A model generated the notes under the pieces. That model was not told the DNA's origin, did no database searches, and saw only the letters and a program-made list of their open reading frames with translations. Positions 25,629-33,217 of a stretch of 37,882 nucleotides of DNA are shown in pieces. The position numbers and the translations under genes were made by a program. Position 1 is the first letter of the stretch; each line of letters starts with the position of its first letter. This DNA is from a virus (Duplodnaviria > Caudoviricetes): the IMG/VR virus record IMGVR_UViG_3300043437_000215, positions 1 through 37,882 of that record, one strand, 5' to 3'.

Positions 25629-26665
25629 GCGATTTCAACGCAGTTCACGTAGTTAACGCCAGCATACTTGTCAGAAGACTCGTAGATGTCAGTTGGAAGA
25701 GTTACAATCTTTCCAGTTGTAGTCAACACAATCGACAAATTACCACAATCATCCTTCATGGTCAAATCTACTGGTACACCTGCTGGTGTGAACACCAAGG
25801 TCTTTGAGTAGTTTGAACCAGCCACAGGCGTAATGCCCTGATTCCAATCAGCCAAGTTAAATGATAACCACTGGATTGCTCCGGCAGTAGTTACCAAGTT
25901 CTTAAGCTGCGAACCTTGAGCCGCTGCAACGCGAGAATCGTAAGCGAATCCGAAACCGTTCTGCTGGCTAATCGCCAACAAGTCGATGCCGAACTGAGTG
26001 CAGCAACCAGCTTGCACAGCATTAGCATAACGCTGCATCTCAGCACCGCCAAATACCACAGGCGCACCTGGATAGTTAGCCATGCGAGTTGCTTGAAGGA
26101 TGTCAGCAAGTGCGAACTCGTTCAATGCTTGCCCGCCAGTTTGGCGAGTAGCAACGCGCAAGCAGTCACCGCTTACAGTGTAGTACCCTGACACCTCAGT
26201 GCCCCACGTTCCGATGTCAGCAACAGCCTGAACAGCGGCAGCAGAAGCAACCTTGCGGTCAAGTACATCCATCAAACGCATTACCGACTCAAGCACATAG
26301 CGAGAGTTCTCTTGGCAATGACGAGCGATGTCAGCAGCATTGATCAGCTGAGATGCTTGGTACGTATCAGTCACATCCAACGTATACGTGGTTGTGCTGT
26401 CTCCGTAAGTGTTCGTTGAGGTACAAGCTAAGATGTCACCTTCTGTATCAACTTCGGTCTCAGGTAAACGCTGAATCCAACGAGCTTGTACTGTTTTTAA
26501 TTTACCGCCGCCGGGTGCAACCTCAGTGCGGATTAGTTTTGCGTTTTCAGGCGAAAGCAAGAACTCTAAGAAAGGCAATTGCTCACGCTGTCCAACTTCG
26601 ATGAAGAGTTCGCTAAGTGACATTTGCACATTAGGACACTCCGATAGAATGCGAGATATAGACAT
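25619..26665 (-). CDS. Major capsid protein
   Basis: 348 aa, downstream of portal/minor head/scaffold, with its own promoter and terminator. Assigned mainly by synteny and size. Confidence 0.75.
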   Translation of the reverse strand: MSISRILSECPNVQMSLSELFIEVGQREQLPFLEFLLSPENAKLIRTEVAPGGGKLKTVQARWIQRLPETEVDTEGDILACTSTNTYGDSTTTYTLDVTDTYQASQLINAADIARHCQENSRYVLESVMRLMDVLDRKVASAAAVQAVADIGTWGTEVSGYYTVSGDCLRVATRQTGGQALNEFALADILQATRMANYPGAPVVFGGAEMQRYANAVQAGCCTQFGIDLLAISQQNGFGFAYDSRVAAAQGSQLKNLVTTAGAIQWLSFNLADWNQGITPVAGSNYSKTLVFTPAGVPVDLTMKDDCGNLSIVLTTTGKIVTLPTDIYESSDKYAGVNYVNCVEIANP

Positions 26666-26670
26666 GATTA

Positions 26671-26749
26671 ATGTAGTTTGGAGTTTCTGCCAGTTGCAAA
26701 GGCCGACAGGTGCGCCTACTTTGCCGCGATAAGTTGCGGCTCACTACAT
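26671..26749 (-). promoter_or_regulatory. Structured 5' leader of the capsid gene
   Basis: ATGTAGT-GAG pairs with CTC-caa-ACTACAT, enclosing CCGC/GCGG, AGGC/GCCT and TTGC/GCAG hairpins. Confidence 0.5.
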
Positions 26750-26760
26750 CATAGATGCTA

Positions 26761-26768
26761 CAAAGATA
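26761..26768 (-). promoter_or_regulatory. Bacteroidota -7 box (TATCTTTG), capsid promoter
   Basis: TAnnTTTG directly after the terminator U-tract. Confidence 0.65.
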
Positions 26769-26771
26769 AAT

Positions 26772-26800
26772 AAAAAAAGCCTGCATTTCTGCAAGCCTTT
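26772..26800 (-). terminator. Intrinsic terminator
   Basis: mRNA aggcttgca-gaaa-tgcaggctt-ttttt. Confidence 0.75.
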
Positions 26801-26855
26801 TCAAATAGTGCCTAAACTAATTGGTATGAACGAATAAAGAACGAACCGCAATATA

Positions 26856-27128
26856 CTAAGGCAATTCGATTCTGCCAAAAAAAGGTTTATCGCTTACCGA
26901 CCTTCGCCCCTCGCAGCTCCAAAGCTGCCGAGCCCACCAATTCGCCGAGCCTTTCGGAGAAGGGATGCCATTACTACGAGCACAGTAAGAATTGCCTGCA
27001 TCCGTGCCGGGGTTAATCCGATACCCTTCAGCGCCAAAGTGAATCTCATTGCCGTCATCGTCTACCGCTTTATACTTTTTGCCAGCGCGATCGGATGCCG
27101 TGACATTGTAACCTTCATATTCAGGCAT
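26856..27128 (-). CDS. Small conserved viral protein (DUF5754/DUF6321-like, 90 aa)
   Basis: 'S.RAGKKY......G..IHFGA.GY', 'SYCARS', 'SANWWAR.LW'. Confidence 0.65.
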   Translation of the reverse strand: MPEYEGYNVTASDRAGKKYKAVDDDGNEIHFGAEGYRINPGTDAGNSYCARSNGIPSPKGSANWWARQLWSCEGRRSVSDKPFFGRIELP

Positions 27129-27276
27129 GGGTCGATTGAGTTAGTTTATTTTCGAGATACGCAAGCACAATCTCAAGTGCTTTTGTGAGGTCGGCAGGGC
27201 TTACCATTTCGCTATGTTTGCCTTGCCGCCAATCTGCGTGGTGCATCAATATCTTATAGGCTTGCTTGATTGTCAT
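27121..27276 (-). CDS. 51-aa hypothetical protein
   Basis: MTIKQAYKILMHHADWRQGKHSEMVSPADLTKALEIVLAYLENKLTQSTHA*; ATGA overlap with the scaffold stop; below the ORF-track cutoff. Confidence 0.7.
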   Translation of the reverse strand: MTIKQAYKILMHHADWRQGKHSEMVSPADLTKALEIVLAYLENKLTQSTHA

Positions 27277-28097
27277 TTGGTAAAGAATCGAGGGTTAACG
27301 CCTTTCATACGCTTGTCGGATTGTGCCTCAATCGGCGGGATTATAGCCTGCCCCGGTCTCGGCACACGCTGCCCAGCCGATGGGTTCTTCATGATGATGC
27401 CCGCTGCCGTAGCTTCGGCAAGCAACACATCGGAGAGGTTCAGGAATGAGCCGGCTTTCTCTTTTGATTTCAATCGCTCGCCGCTGTTCTTATCCTTGAC
27501 AAAGACATTGCCATCCTCTTCCAAGTCGATTGCATACTTCTCGCCAATGGTAGCCTTAAAGCCTTTGATGGTAAACTCATTCACCGATGGGTCGAGCTTG
27601 ATTGCTGAGAGCTCCTTCTCGAAGGTGTGGTTTATCTTGCTCTGCTTTTGCTCCTCTGCCATCTTTAGCTTGAACTGGTCGAACTGGTTAATGGCATCTT
27701 GCCGAGCTGAGTCGATGTCCGTCACTTTCTTTTCGAGGGATTTGTATTTCTTCTCCCACTCCTTCACCAGCTCTTCGCTGCCTGACTTATCGGCTCGCTG
27801 TTGCCATTCTTCTTGCTGTTTCTCATAAGCCTCGCGAGCTCGCTCGGATGCCATGCGTAGAACATCTTGCGCCTTCTTATCCTTGAAATCTTCTTCAGTG
27901 AGCGTAACTCCGAAGGGCTCAAAAGCTCGTTTAGCAACGTGGGCAATTGTGCCGTTAATCTTTCCGAGCTTTTCGCTTAGCTCCTTGCTGTTTACCCAGT
28001 TCTCTTGAAATTTCTCCTTTGCTTCCTCGAGGTTCTCGGCTTCGTTTAGGTTTAGGAAGTTCACTATCTCCAGTGCTTCCTCCGGTTTGATCGGCAT
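27273..28097 (-). CDS. Putative capsid scaffolding protein
   Basis: Charged coiled coil with a Pro/Gly-rich C-terminus; lies between the minor head protein and capsid genes. Confidence 0.7.
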   Translation of the reverse strand: MPIKPEEALEIVNFLNLNEAENLEEAKEKFQENWVNSKELSEKLGKINGTIAHVAKRAFEPFGVTLTEEDFKDKKAQDVLRMASERAREAYEKQQEEWQQRADKSGSEELVKEWEKKYKSLEKKVTDIDSARQDAINQFDQFKLKMAEEQKQSKINHTFEKELSAIKLDPSVNEFTIKGFKATIGEKYAIDLEEDGNVFVKDKNSGERLKSKEKAGSFLNLSDVLLAEATAAGIIMKNPSAGQRVPRPGQAIIPPIEAQSDKRMKGVNPRFFTK

Positions 28098-28221
28098 ATA
28101 TGTCAGGGGTTTTAATTGGTTGCAGTATTAATTCCTTTGCGCCCTTCTTTGTAAGTAGGTGCTCGGCCACCATATCGGATGCTTGAATGATACGGCCATC
28201 TGAGAGTATTAAGTGTCTCAT
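27955..28221 (-). CDS. Hypothetical protein (88 aa) overlapping the scaffold start
   Basis: ATG 4 nt after a promoter box; the 3' half overlaps the scaffold in another frame. Confidence 0.55.
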   Translation of the reverse strand: MRHLILSDGRIIQASDMVAEHLLTKKGAKELILQPIKTPDIYADQTGGSTGDSELPKPKRSREPRGSKGEISRELGKQQGAKRKARKD

Positions 28222-28225
28222 ATAG

Positions 28226-28233
28226 CAAAGGTA
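28226..28233 (-). promoter_or_regulatory. Bacteroidota -7 box (TACCTTTG)
   Basis: tacctttg-ctat-ATG in an AT-rich gap. Confidence 0.65.
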
Positions 28234-28243
28234 TAAAATTTAT

Positions 28244-29155
28244 TTAATCAATAAACCCCTCCGCTCTCGCCCGAGCTTTGACCGTGTCCGGCACTTTTCT
28301 TTCGGGCACTGGCACAAGATAGTGCCGACAGTTCCACCCCCCTACAAGTGTAAATATCGACTTACTATCTGTGCCGTCTATGCGTCCAGCCCATGTGCCG
28401 TCTTGTATGTCTCTGATGCCAGCACTATTCTTACCCGCGCCCCATGCTTCAATCTCCTTGCGATGGTATATGCCACCCTCGCGATTTTCGCAGAATGGCC
28501 GCGTTGTGGATATCTCGCCGCCGAGGTATTCAAACCATTCAATGCCGAGCTCGTCATTGACAGCGGCTGAATAGCTTCGGTCTGCAACGGCTTGCGCGGT
28601 GGTTGCTGTGGTCTTTATGTTGGCAAGCAGCCGCCCATCATTCGCTTCCGTTCCGGTGACCAATCCCTCCAGTGCAACAACGGCCTCTCTTAGCGGTGCC
28701 CTTGCTGCGATGTTCGTGGTTAGTTGCTCAAGGAAGGGCTGCGTGAATCGTGCATCTAAGCCCGCGCCAAAGAATGTGTTAATCGCATTCTGCTTCGATA
28801 TTTGCAGCAATTGTTTCTGCACTTCAGTCGGCTCGAATGCGCTTTCAAAGGTTCGTGCAATCTCGTTAGTCAGCTGCACCCCTTCATCGATTGAACTGAG
28901 AAACGAACGAACTGCCTCCTTATATTCACTACCCGCGAGCACCTTCTTGAGTTCATCAGCAATCAGGCCGATGCGCCTGATGTTGCCCTCGGTTTGCTCG
29001 ATGTTTCCGGCGGCGCTAACATCCATGTCATCGAGAATAGGGCGAATCTTGCGCCATATCTCAGCCTGTGTCTTAATAGCAGCCGTTGCCAGTTTATCCG
29101 GCACCGACTCGAAGAGCTTAATCTTATCGCGAACTAACGAATCAAATGATGCCAT
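28244..29155 (-). CDS. Minor head/head morphogenesis protein (SPP1 gp7/Mu F-like)
   Basis: 'Y.G.....TRPFC' and 'GGWNCRH.LVPV'; directly after the portal. Confidence 0.8.
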   Translation of the reverse strand: MASFDSLVRDKIKLFESVPDKLATAAIKTQAEIWRKIRPILDDMDVSAAGNIEQTEGNIRRIGLIADELKKVLAGSEYKEAVRSFLSSIDEGVQLTNEIARTFESAFEPTEVQKQLLQISKQNAINTFFGAGLDARFTQPFLEQLTTNIAARAPLREAVVALEGLVTGTEANDGRLLANIKTTATTAQAVADRSYSAAVNDELGIEWFEYLGGEISTTRPFCENREGGIYHRKEIEAWGAGKNSAGIRDIQDGTWAGRIDGTDSKSIFTLVGGWNCRHYLVPVPERKVPDTVKARARAEGFID

Positions 29156-31049
29156 TCAATAGTTCCTGTTGCGCCTGTTGAATCGGGTCGAGCTGCACGG
29201 CAATCCTATCCGATGCCAAGCGGTTAAGTGCTGCAATCTGCTCGGCCATCGGTAGGTCGATGAAGCGTTGCGCACCCTCGGTCGGTATATGATTGCGAAT
29301 AAGCTCCATGATTAGCTGTGGTGCGCTGTGATGGATTACATCCTGGTACTTCTCAATCGTTCCATTAGCAACGCGCAGGGCAATATCGGCCGAGCTCATG
29401 AGTAGCAATTCATCAGCGTTGAGGATTAAGTCATAAACAGCACTTGTCTCTTCATCGGTGTAGTGAATTGCCTTGATGTAGTTATAGACATTGCTGAACG
29501 TAATCGATGGCGGTACGCCTGCCTTAACACCTTCGCTGATTACAGCTAAGTAATCGCTCGGGGTGCTAATGTCGAATGATGTCGGGTACACAAGATTCAC
29601 CCCGCCAAAGTTTTCGCCGTAACGCATCCGCCCCATCGTCACCAAGCAGAACTCGTAAAGGTTGAATAGCTGGTCTGATATAGGCTTAATGAACGCATAG
29701 AGCGCACGTAGCTTATTCAATGAGCCTGTGGCTGTCGATGCCTCGCCGATGGTTCCTGTTTCGTCTGAGCTTGGCAAGTGCAATATCCTGCGAGCCTTTG
29801 CCATTTGCTGCTCAATCTCTGTGCGGAGGAAGTTCAGCGTGTCCATTGGCGGGCTCACAAACTTAAGATACTCGCCACTTAGTGCGCTGTCACCTTCGCT
29901 CAATGCTGTCTTAGGCTTAATCAGTAGCATACCAGTTGGGCTGAATCGGCTCTTCACACCCGAGCCATTACAGCTCGAGCATGTACGGTAGCCTCCATTA
30001 ATTGGGTCAAAGATTTGGCCGTCCTGACACTTGTTACCTTCACGATCGGTGAACTCGCAAATCTCACCCAGAGCAACCATAAACGGAAACGCACTTGTGG
30101 CTTTGCTGATTTGCAAGTATGATTCATCGAGAATCACTTGGTCGAGCAATGGCACGGCTGTGATGAATGGTGACTGGAAGTTAATCTCACCACCGATAAG
30201 CTGCGGCATCCCTTGTAGCTTTTGCGCTGGCACATATCCAAGGTTGTGCGAATAGTATAGCTCGGGTTCGCTGAATGTATAATCCGACTTCTTACCGATT
30301 TGGTACACTTTCCAAATGTTCATCGTATCATAAATCTCCAACACGATGCCGCTCTTTTCTTCCTTGCTTCCGTTGCGCACCTTTGAATAGTCATCGGTAA
30401 TGACCATGTAATACTCGCCGTACTTTTGCCCTACGATGCTCTTACATGAGTAGTATTCCGGCATCGGATTAATCAGCTCGTTACTGATTATTTCTTCGCC
30501 GTCCTCATTCTCATAGGTATCAACATCTTGAGGCTCAATTGCGATAATGCCATTCGGGTCGATTAGCTTCAGCGTTGGCAGCATCGTCTTAACGAATGCT
30601 TCCAAAGAGCCGAAGCGTTCAATCTCTTGGTTCACGTAGCGCTGGAATGTATCCTCGCCAAAGATTGGCTCGAGCTCGGGGCTATATCGGATGCTCCAAT
30701 TTTGGTCCGCGAACGCACGGCTTATCGTGGCTTTGAAATCCTCGAATACACTCAGCGTTGTGGGCTTATAGTTCGCTCGGATGTACTCAGCCTGTGCATC
30801 GGTTTGGTTAGGTGCGCGCACGCTGAGTAGGTGAGCCGGGTAAATGTCAGGCCGGGTATGCGGCAAGATGCTGTCATACATCTTAGCGGCATAGTTATAC
30901 CCCGGCCAATACTCAGGATATTGACTCACGCCTGTGCGCTGCTTAGTGATTGGATTGATAGGTGTCTTCATTGCTGCGGCTTCCCAGCCCTTATGCAGCA
31001 TTGCAAACCTTTGAACAATCTTATCAATGTCCTCTATGCTTAGTGCCAT
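29142..31049 (-). CDS. Portal protein
   Basis: 635 aa upstream of minor head/scaffold/capsid; 'HNLGYVPA..L.G' and C-terminal 'YPTSFD' pattern; internal CxxCxGxG insert. Confidence 0.8.
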   Translation of the reverse strand: MALSIEDIDKIVQRFAMLHKGWEAAAMKTPINPITKQRTGVSQYPEYWPGYNYAAKMYDSILPHTRPDIYPAHLLSVRAPNQTDAQAEYIRANYKPTTLSVFEDFKATISRAFADQNWSIRYSPELEPIFGEDTFQRYVNQEIERFGSLEAFVKTMLPTLKLIDPNGIIAIEPQDVDTYENEDGEEIISNELINPMPEYYSCKSIVGQKYGEYYMVITDDYSKVRNGSKEEKSGIVLEIYDTMNIWKVYQIGKKSDYTFSEPELYYSHNLGYVPAQKLQGMPQLIGGEINFQSPFITAVPLLDQVILDESYLQISKATSAFPFMVALGEICEFTDREGNKCQDGQIFDPINGGYRTCSSCNGSGVKSRFSPTGMLLIKPKTALSEGDSALSGEYLKFVSPPMDTLNFLRTEIEQQMAKARRILHLPSSDETGTIGEASTATGSLNKLRALYAFIKPISDQLFNLYEFCLVTMGRMRYGENFGGVNLVYPTSFDISTPSDYLAVISEGVKAGVPPSITFSNVYNYIKAIHYTDEETSAVYDLILNADELLLMSSADIALRVANGTIEKYQDVIHHSAPQLIMELIRNHIPTEGAQRFIDLPMAEQIAALNRLASDRIAVQLDPIQQAQQELLNGII

Positions 31050-31129
31050 TACGCAGTTGCTTTAGTGGTTGGTTGGTTTATGATGTGCGAGCCGCATGAC
31101 TTAGAGCGGCAAAAGGTAAGTGCTTTCAT
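31049..31129 (-). CDS. 26-aa coupling microprotein
   Basis: MKALTFCRSKSCGSHIINQPTTKATA*; ATGA overlap upstream and TAATG overlap with the portal ATG. Confidence 0.55.
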   Translation of the reverse strand: MKALTFCRSKSCGSHIINQPTTKATA

Positions 31130-31692
31130 CGTTTCTGAATTAGCGAAAGGCCACGCCCCTCGGATGTGTTTAACGTAATCACATTGTAGTTATAATGCGC
31201 TGCGTACTCCATCAGCTTCTTAACATCAGCAATATGAATCGTGTCATGGTAGGCAACGATGCCACCCTTCGCAAGTACGCGCTCAACCTCTTTGAACTCG
31301 GGCAATATATTCTCCCAGCTATGGTCTCCATCGACAAAGATAAAGTCGAAGTGATTTGCCGGATAGCCTTTGAGCAATGATATCGATTCACCGAGCACAA
31401 AATCGACATCTGTTCCGAATGAATTGAGGTCATGCTTCAGATAATTGTTAATGTCGATGCCTGTGTATTTGCCACCGTATGGCAAGGCTTCAATCATCTT
31501 AACGGCTGTCTCGCCTTCGAACACGCCAATCTCGAGCACGTTCGCTGAATTGTTCATCTTGATAAGTGAGCCAATGAACTGACATACATCGGGCTCGCTG
31601 TTCCATCCGTGGCGTGCCACTTCGTTGAATGTCGCAGTTGTTACAATCTTTTTAGGTCTGCCTCTCTTTGGCTTATCGCTTAGGGTCTGCAT
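31126..31692 (-). CDS. Class I SAM-dependent methyltransferase (Methyltransf_24-like)
   Basis: VLEIGVFEG, FDFIFVDGDH, GGIVAYHD; N-terminal KRGRPKK. Confidence 0.88.
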   Translation of the reverse strand: MQTLSDKPKRGRPKKIVTTATFNEVARHGWNSEPDVCQFIGSLIKMNNSANVLEIGVFEGETAVKMIEALPYGGKYTGIDINNYLKHDLNSFGTDVDFVLGESISLLKGYPANHFDFIFVDGDHSWENILPEFKEVERVLAKGGIVAYHDTIHIADVKKLMEYAAHYNYNVITLNTSEGRGLSLIQKR

Positions 31693-32593
31693 GCTTATGG
31701 TCGGTTATTCTGTGAATGAAGTATTTGTGCTGGATGCCGTCCTGTTGCATCCATGCTTTGAGTTTTCTGTCGAGCCATTCGATGTAGAAGCTCGGCGTGA
31801 ATCCTTTGCCACCATAGTAGCTCATTAGGTAGAACCTTTCTTCGATTTGCGCATAGCTGAACTCACGATTCATCTGAAAGCAGATAGCATCAATCTCATA
31901 CGGCTTGAAATTATTCTTGCCGAATGATACATTGAAGTAAAGCTCATCGGGTTGCCCGCCGCCCCACTTCATGCGGAGCTTGTTAATCGGCATCGGATTG
32001 TTGAGGTAAAGGTCGGCAGCTGTGCGGTAAATCGCTTCGGCTTCATCGCACTTCTCAATGAACTGGATGCTGCTATTAATCGCATAAATCTTGTCGCTCT
32101 TAGCAAGGCCGAAGTGCTGCCATAGTTGATCGGCCCACGCCCATTGCATCTCCTTGAAATCGCGGCCTTTGTCGATGGTATGCTCACCCACAACTCGCGT
32201 GGCATACTTTGCATCGTTCGCAATTAGCTGGTCAATCAATGGCTGCAAGTCCTTAAGGCATACAGCATCGACATCGAGGTATAGGTTGTAATGAAACGGC
32301 AAGTAATCGAAGAGCAATACCTTCGCCTTGCCCGGGTCAAGTTTCTTATTCGTGTAAATGTGCTGTTCAGGCAAGTCAACATATATATCGATTTGGTTTG
32401 TCAAGTCATGGCAATAGTACAACGCCCTGTCCTTGCTATCGCTGATTAGCGCAATCTGCAAATCCTTGTTGAATCGCTTAATCGAATACGCTAAGTTATA
32501 AGCAGCCCAGTAATACTGAGGCTTACCAAAAGCAACAAGCACCACCCCGCTTGAGGTAGGCTTGCCGCTTTGATTTGTTGGTTGAATATCCAT
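31673..32593 (-). CDS. Putative GT-A fold glycosyltransferase
   Basis: 'A..LAYSIK', 'K..L.DY.PF...LYLDVD' DxD motif, 'INSS..F', 'PDELYFN'. Confidence 0.7.
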   Translation of the reverse strand: MDIQPTNQSGKPTSSGVVLVAFGKPQYYWAAYNLAYSIKRFNKDLQIALISDSKDRALYYCHDLTNQIDIYVDLPEQHIYTNKKLDPGKAKVLLFDYLPFHYNLYLDVDAVCLKDLQPLIDQLIANDAKYATRVVGEHTIDKGRDFKEMQWAWADQLWQHFGLAKSDKIYAINSSIQFIEKCDEAEAIYRTAADLYLNNPMPINKLRMKWGGGQPDELYFNVSFGKNNFKPYEIDAICFQMNREFSYAQIEERFYLMSYYGGKGFTPSFYIEWLDRKLKAWMQQDGIQHKYFIHRITDHKHADPKR

Positions 32594-33132
32594 TATCCAA
32601 AGATGCCAGCAGGAGCATCGTATTGTGCTGGGATATTCTTGTCACGCCAGCTGAATGTAACTTCGTAACGCTGCAATTCATTGTTCTGCTCAGGCAAGAT
32701 GAAGTTCGCCGATGTTGTAATACCAACCGGAGGGTTGATGTAAATCACCTTTCCGCTGTCGCACATGAATGCGAGCACCCATGCGATGCGGCGATTGTTT
32801 ACATCATTCCAGAAAGTATTGTTTTCATCGGTTACGTTTGCATCGTACAAGGTTGCAGTACGGTCTTCGTTAATACGAATAGGAGTACCGCAGCCGATCG
32901 GGCTGTCAACAGTCACAGGTGAGCCAGCAGGCAACGCGAAACGGATGTCCTCAATTAGCTTCGCAGTTCCGGCAGTGATTAATGCCTCGACTTCGGTCGC
33001 ATCTGAAGGGTCAACCAATTCGGTACCGCAAGCACCCACAAGGATAGCAGACACGCCGCCGAGCTTGTATTCATTGCAGTTTACTAAGTTGTGGTCAAGT
33101 AGCGAAGAGTCGCAGTAGCTTACACAAGCCAT
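32593..33132 (-). CDS. Putative major tail tube protein (179 aa)
   Basis: Size, acidic beta-rich sequence, 'C....GGV..I' N-terminus, 'YEVTFSW'; own promoter and long leader. No other tube candidate is present. Confidence 0.55.
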   Translation of the reverse strand: MACVSYCDSSLLDHNLVNCNEYKLGGVSAILVGACGTELVDPSDATEVEALITAGTAKLIEDIRFALPAGSPVTVDSPIGCGTPIRINEDRTATLYDANVTDENNTFWNDVNNRRIAWVLAFMCDSGKVIYINPPVGITTSANFILPEQNNELQRYEVTFSWRDKNIPAQYDAPAGIFG

Positions 33133-33204
33133 AGTAGTAGAGATTTAATTATTGTCAGCCTGTTGAATAGGACGGCATCACCCCTACGTTCCTATGATGT
33201 ACTG

Positions 33205-33212
33205 CAAATATA
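33205..33212 (-). promoter_or_regulatory. Bacteroidota -7 box (TATATTTG)
   Basis: TAnnTTTG just after the upstream stop, ~70 nt before the tube gene ATG. Confidence 0.6.
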
Positions 33213-33217
33213 CGAAT

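Noticed and set aside
26671-26749. tRNA gene (cloverleaf-like pairing)
   Set aside because: No TTCRA T-loop, D-loop consensus or CCA end; the element sits in a 5' leader.
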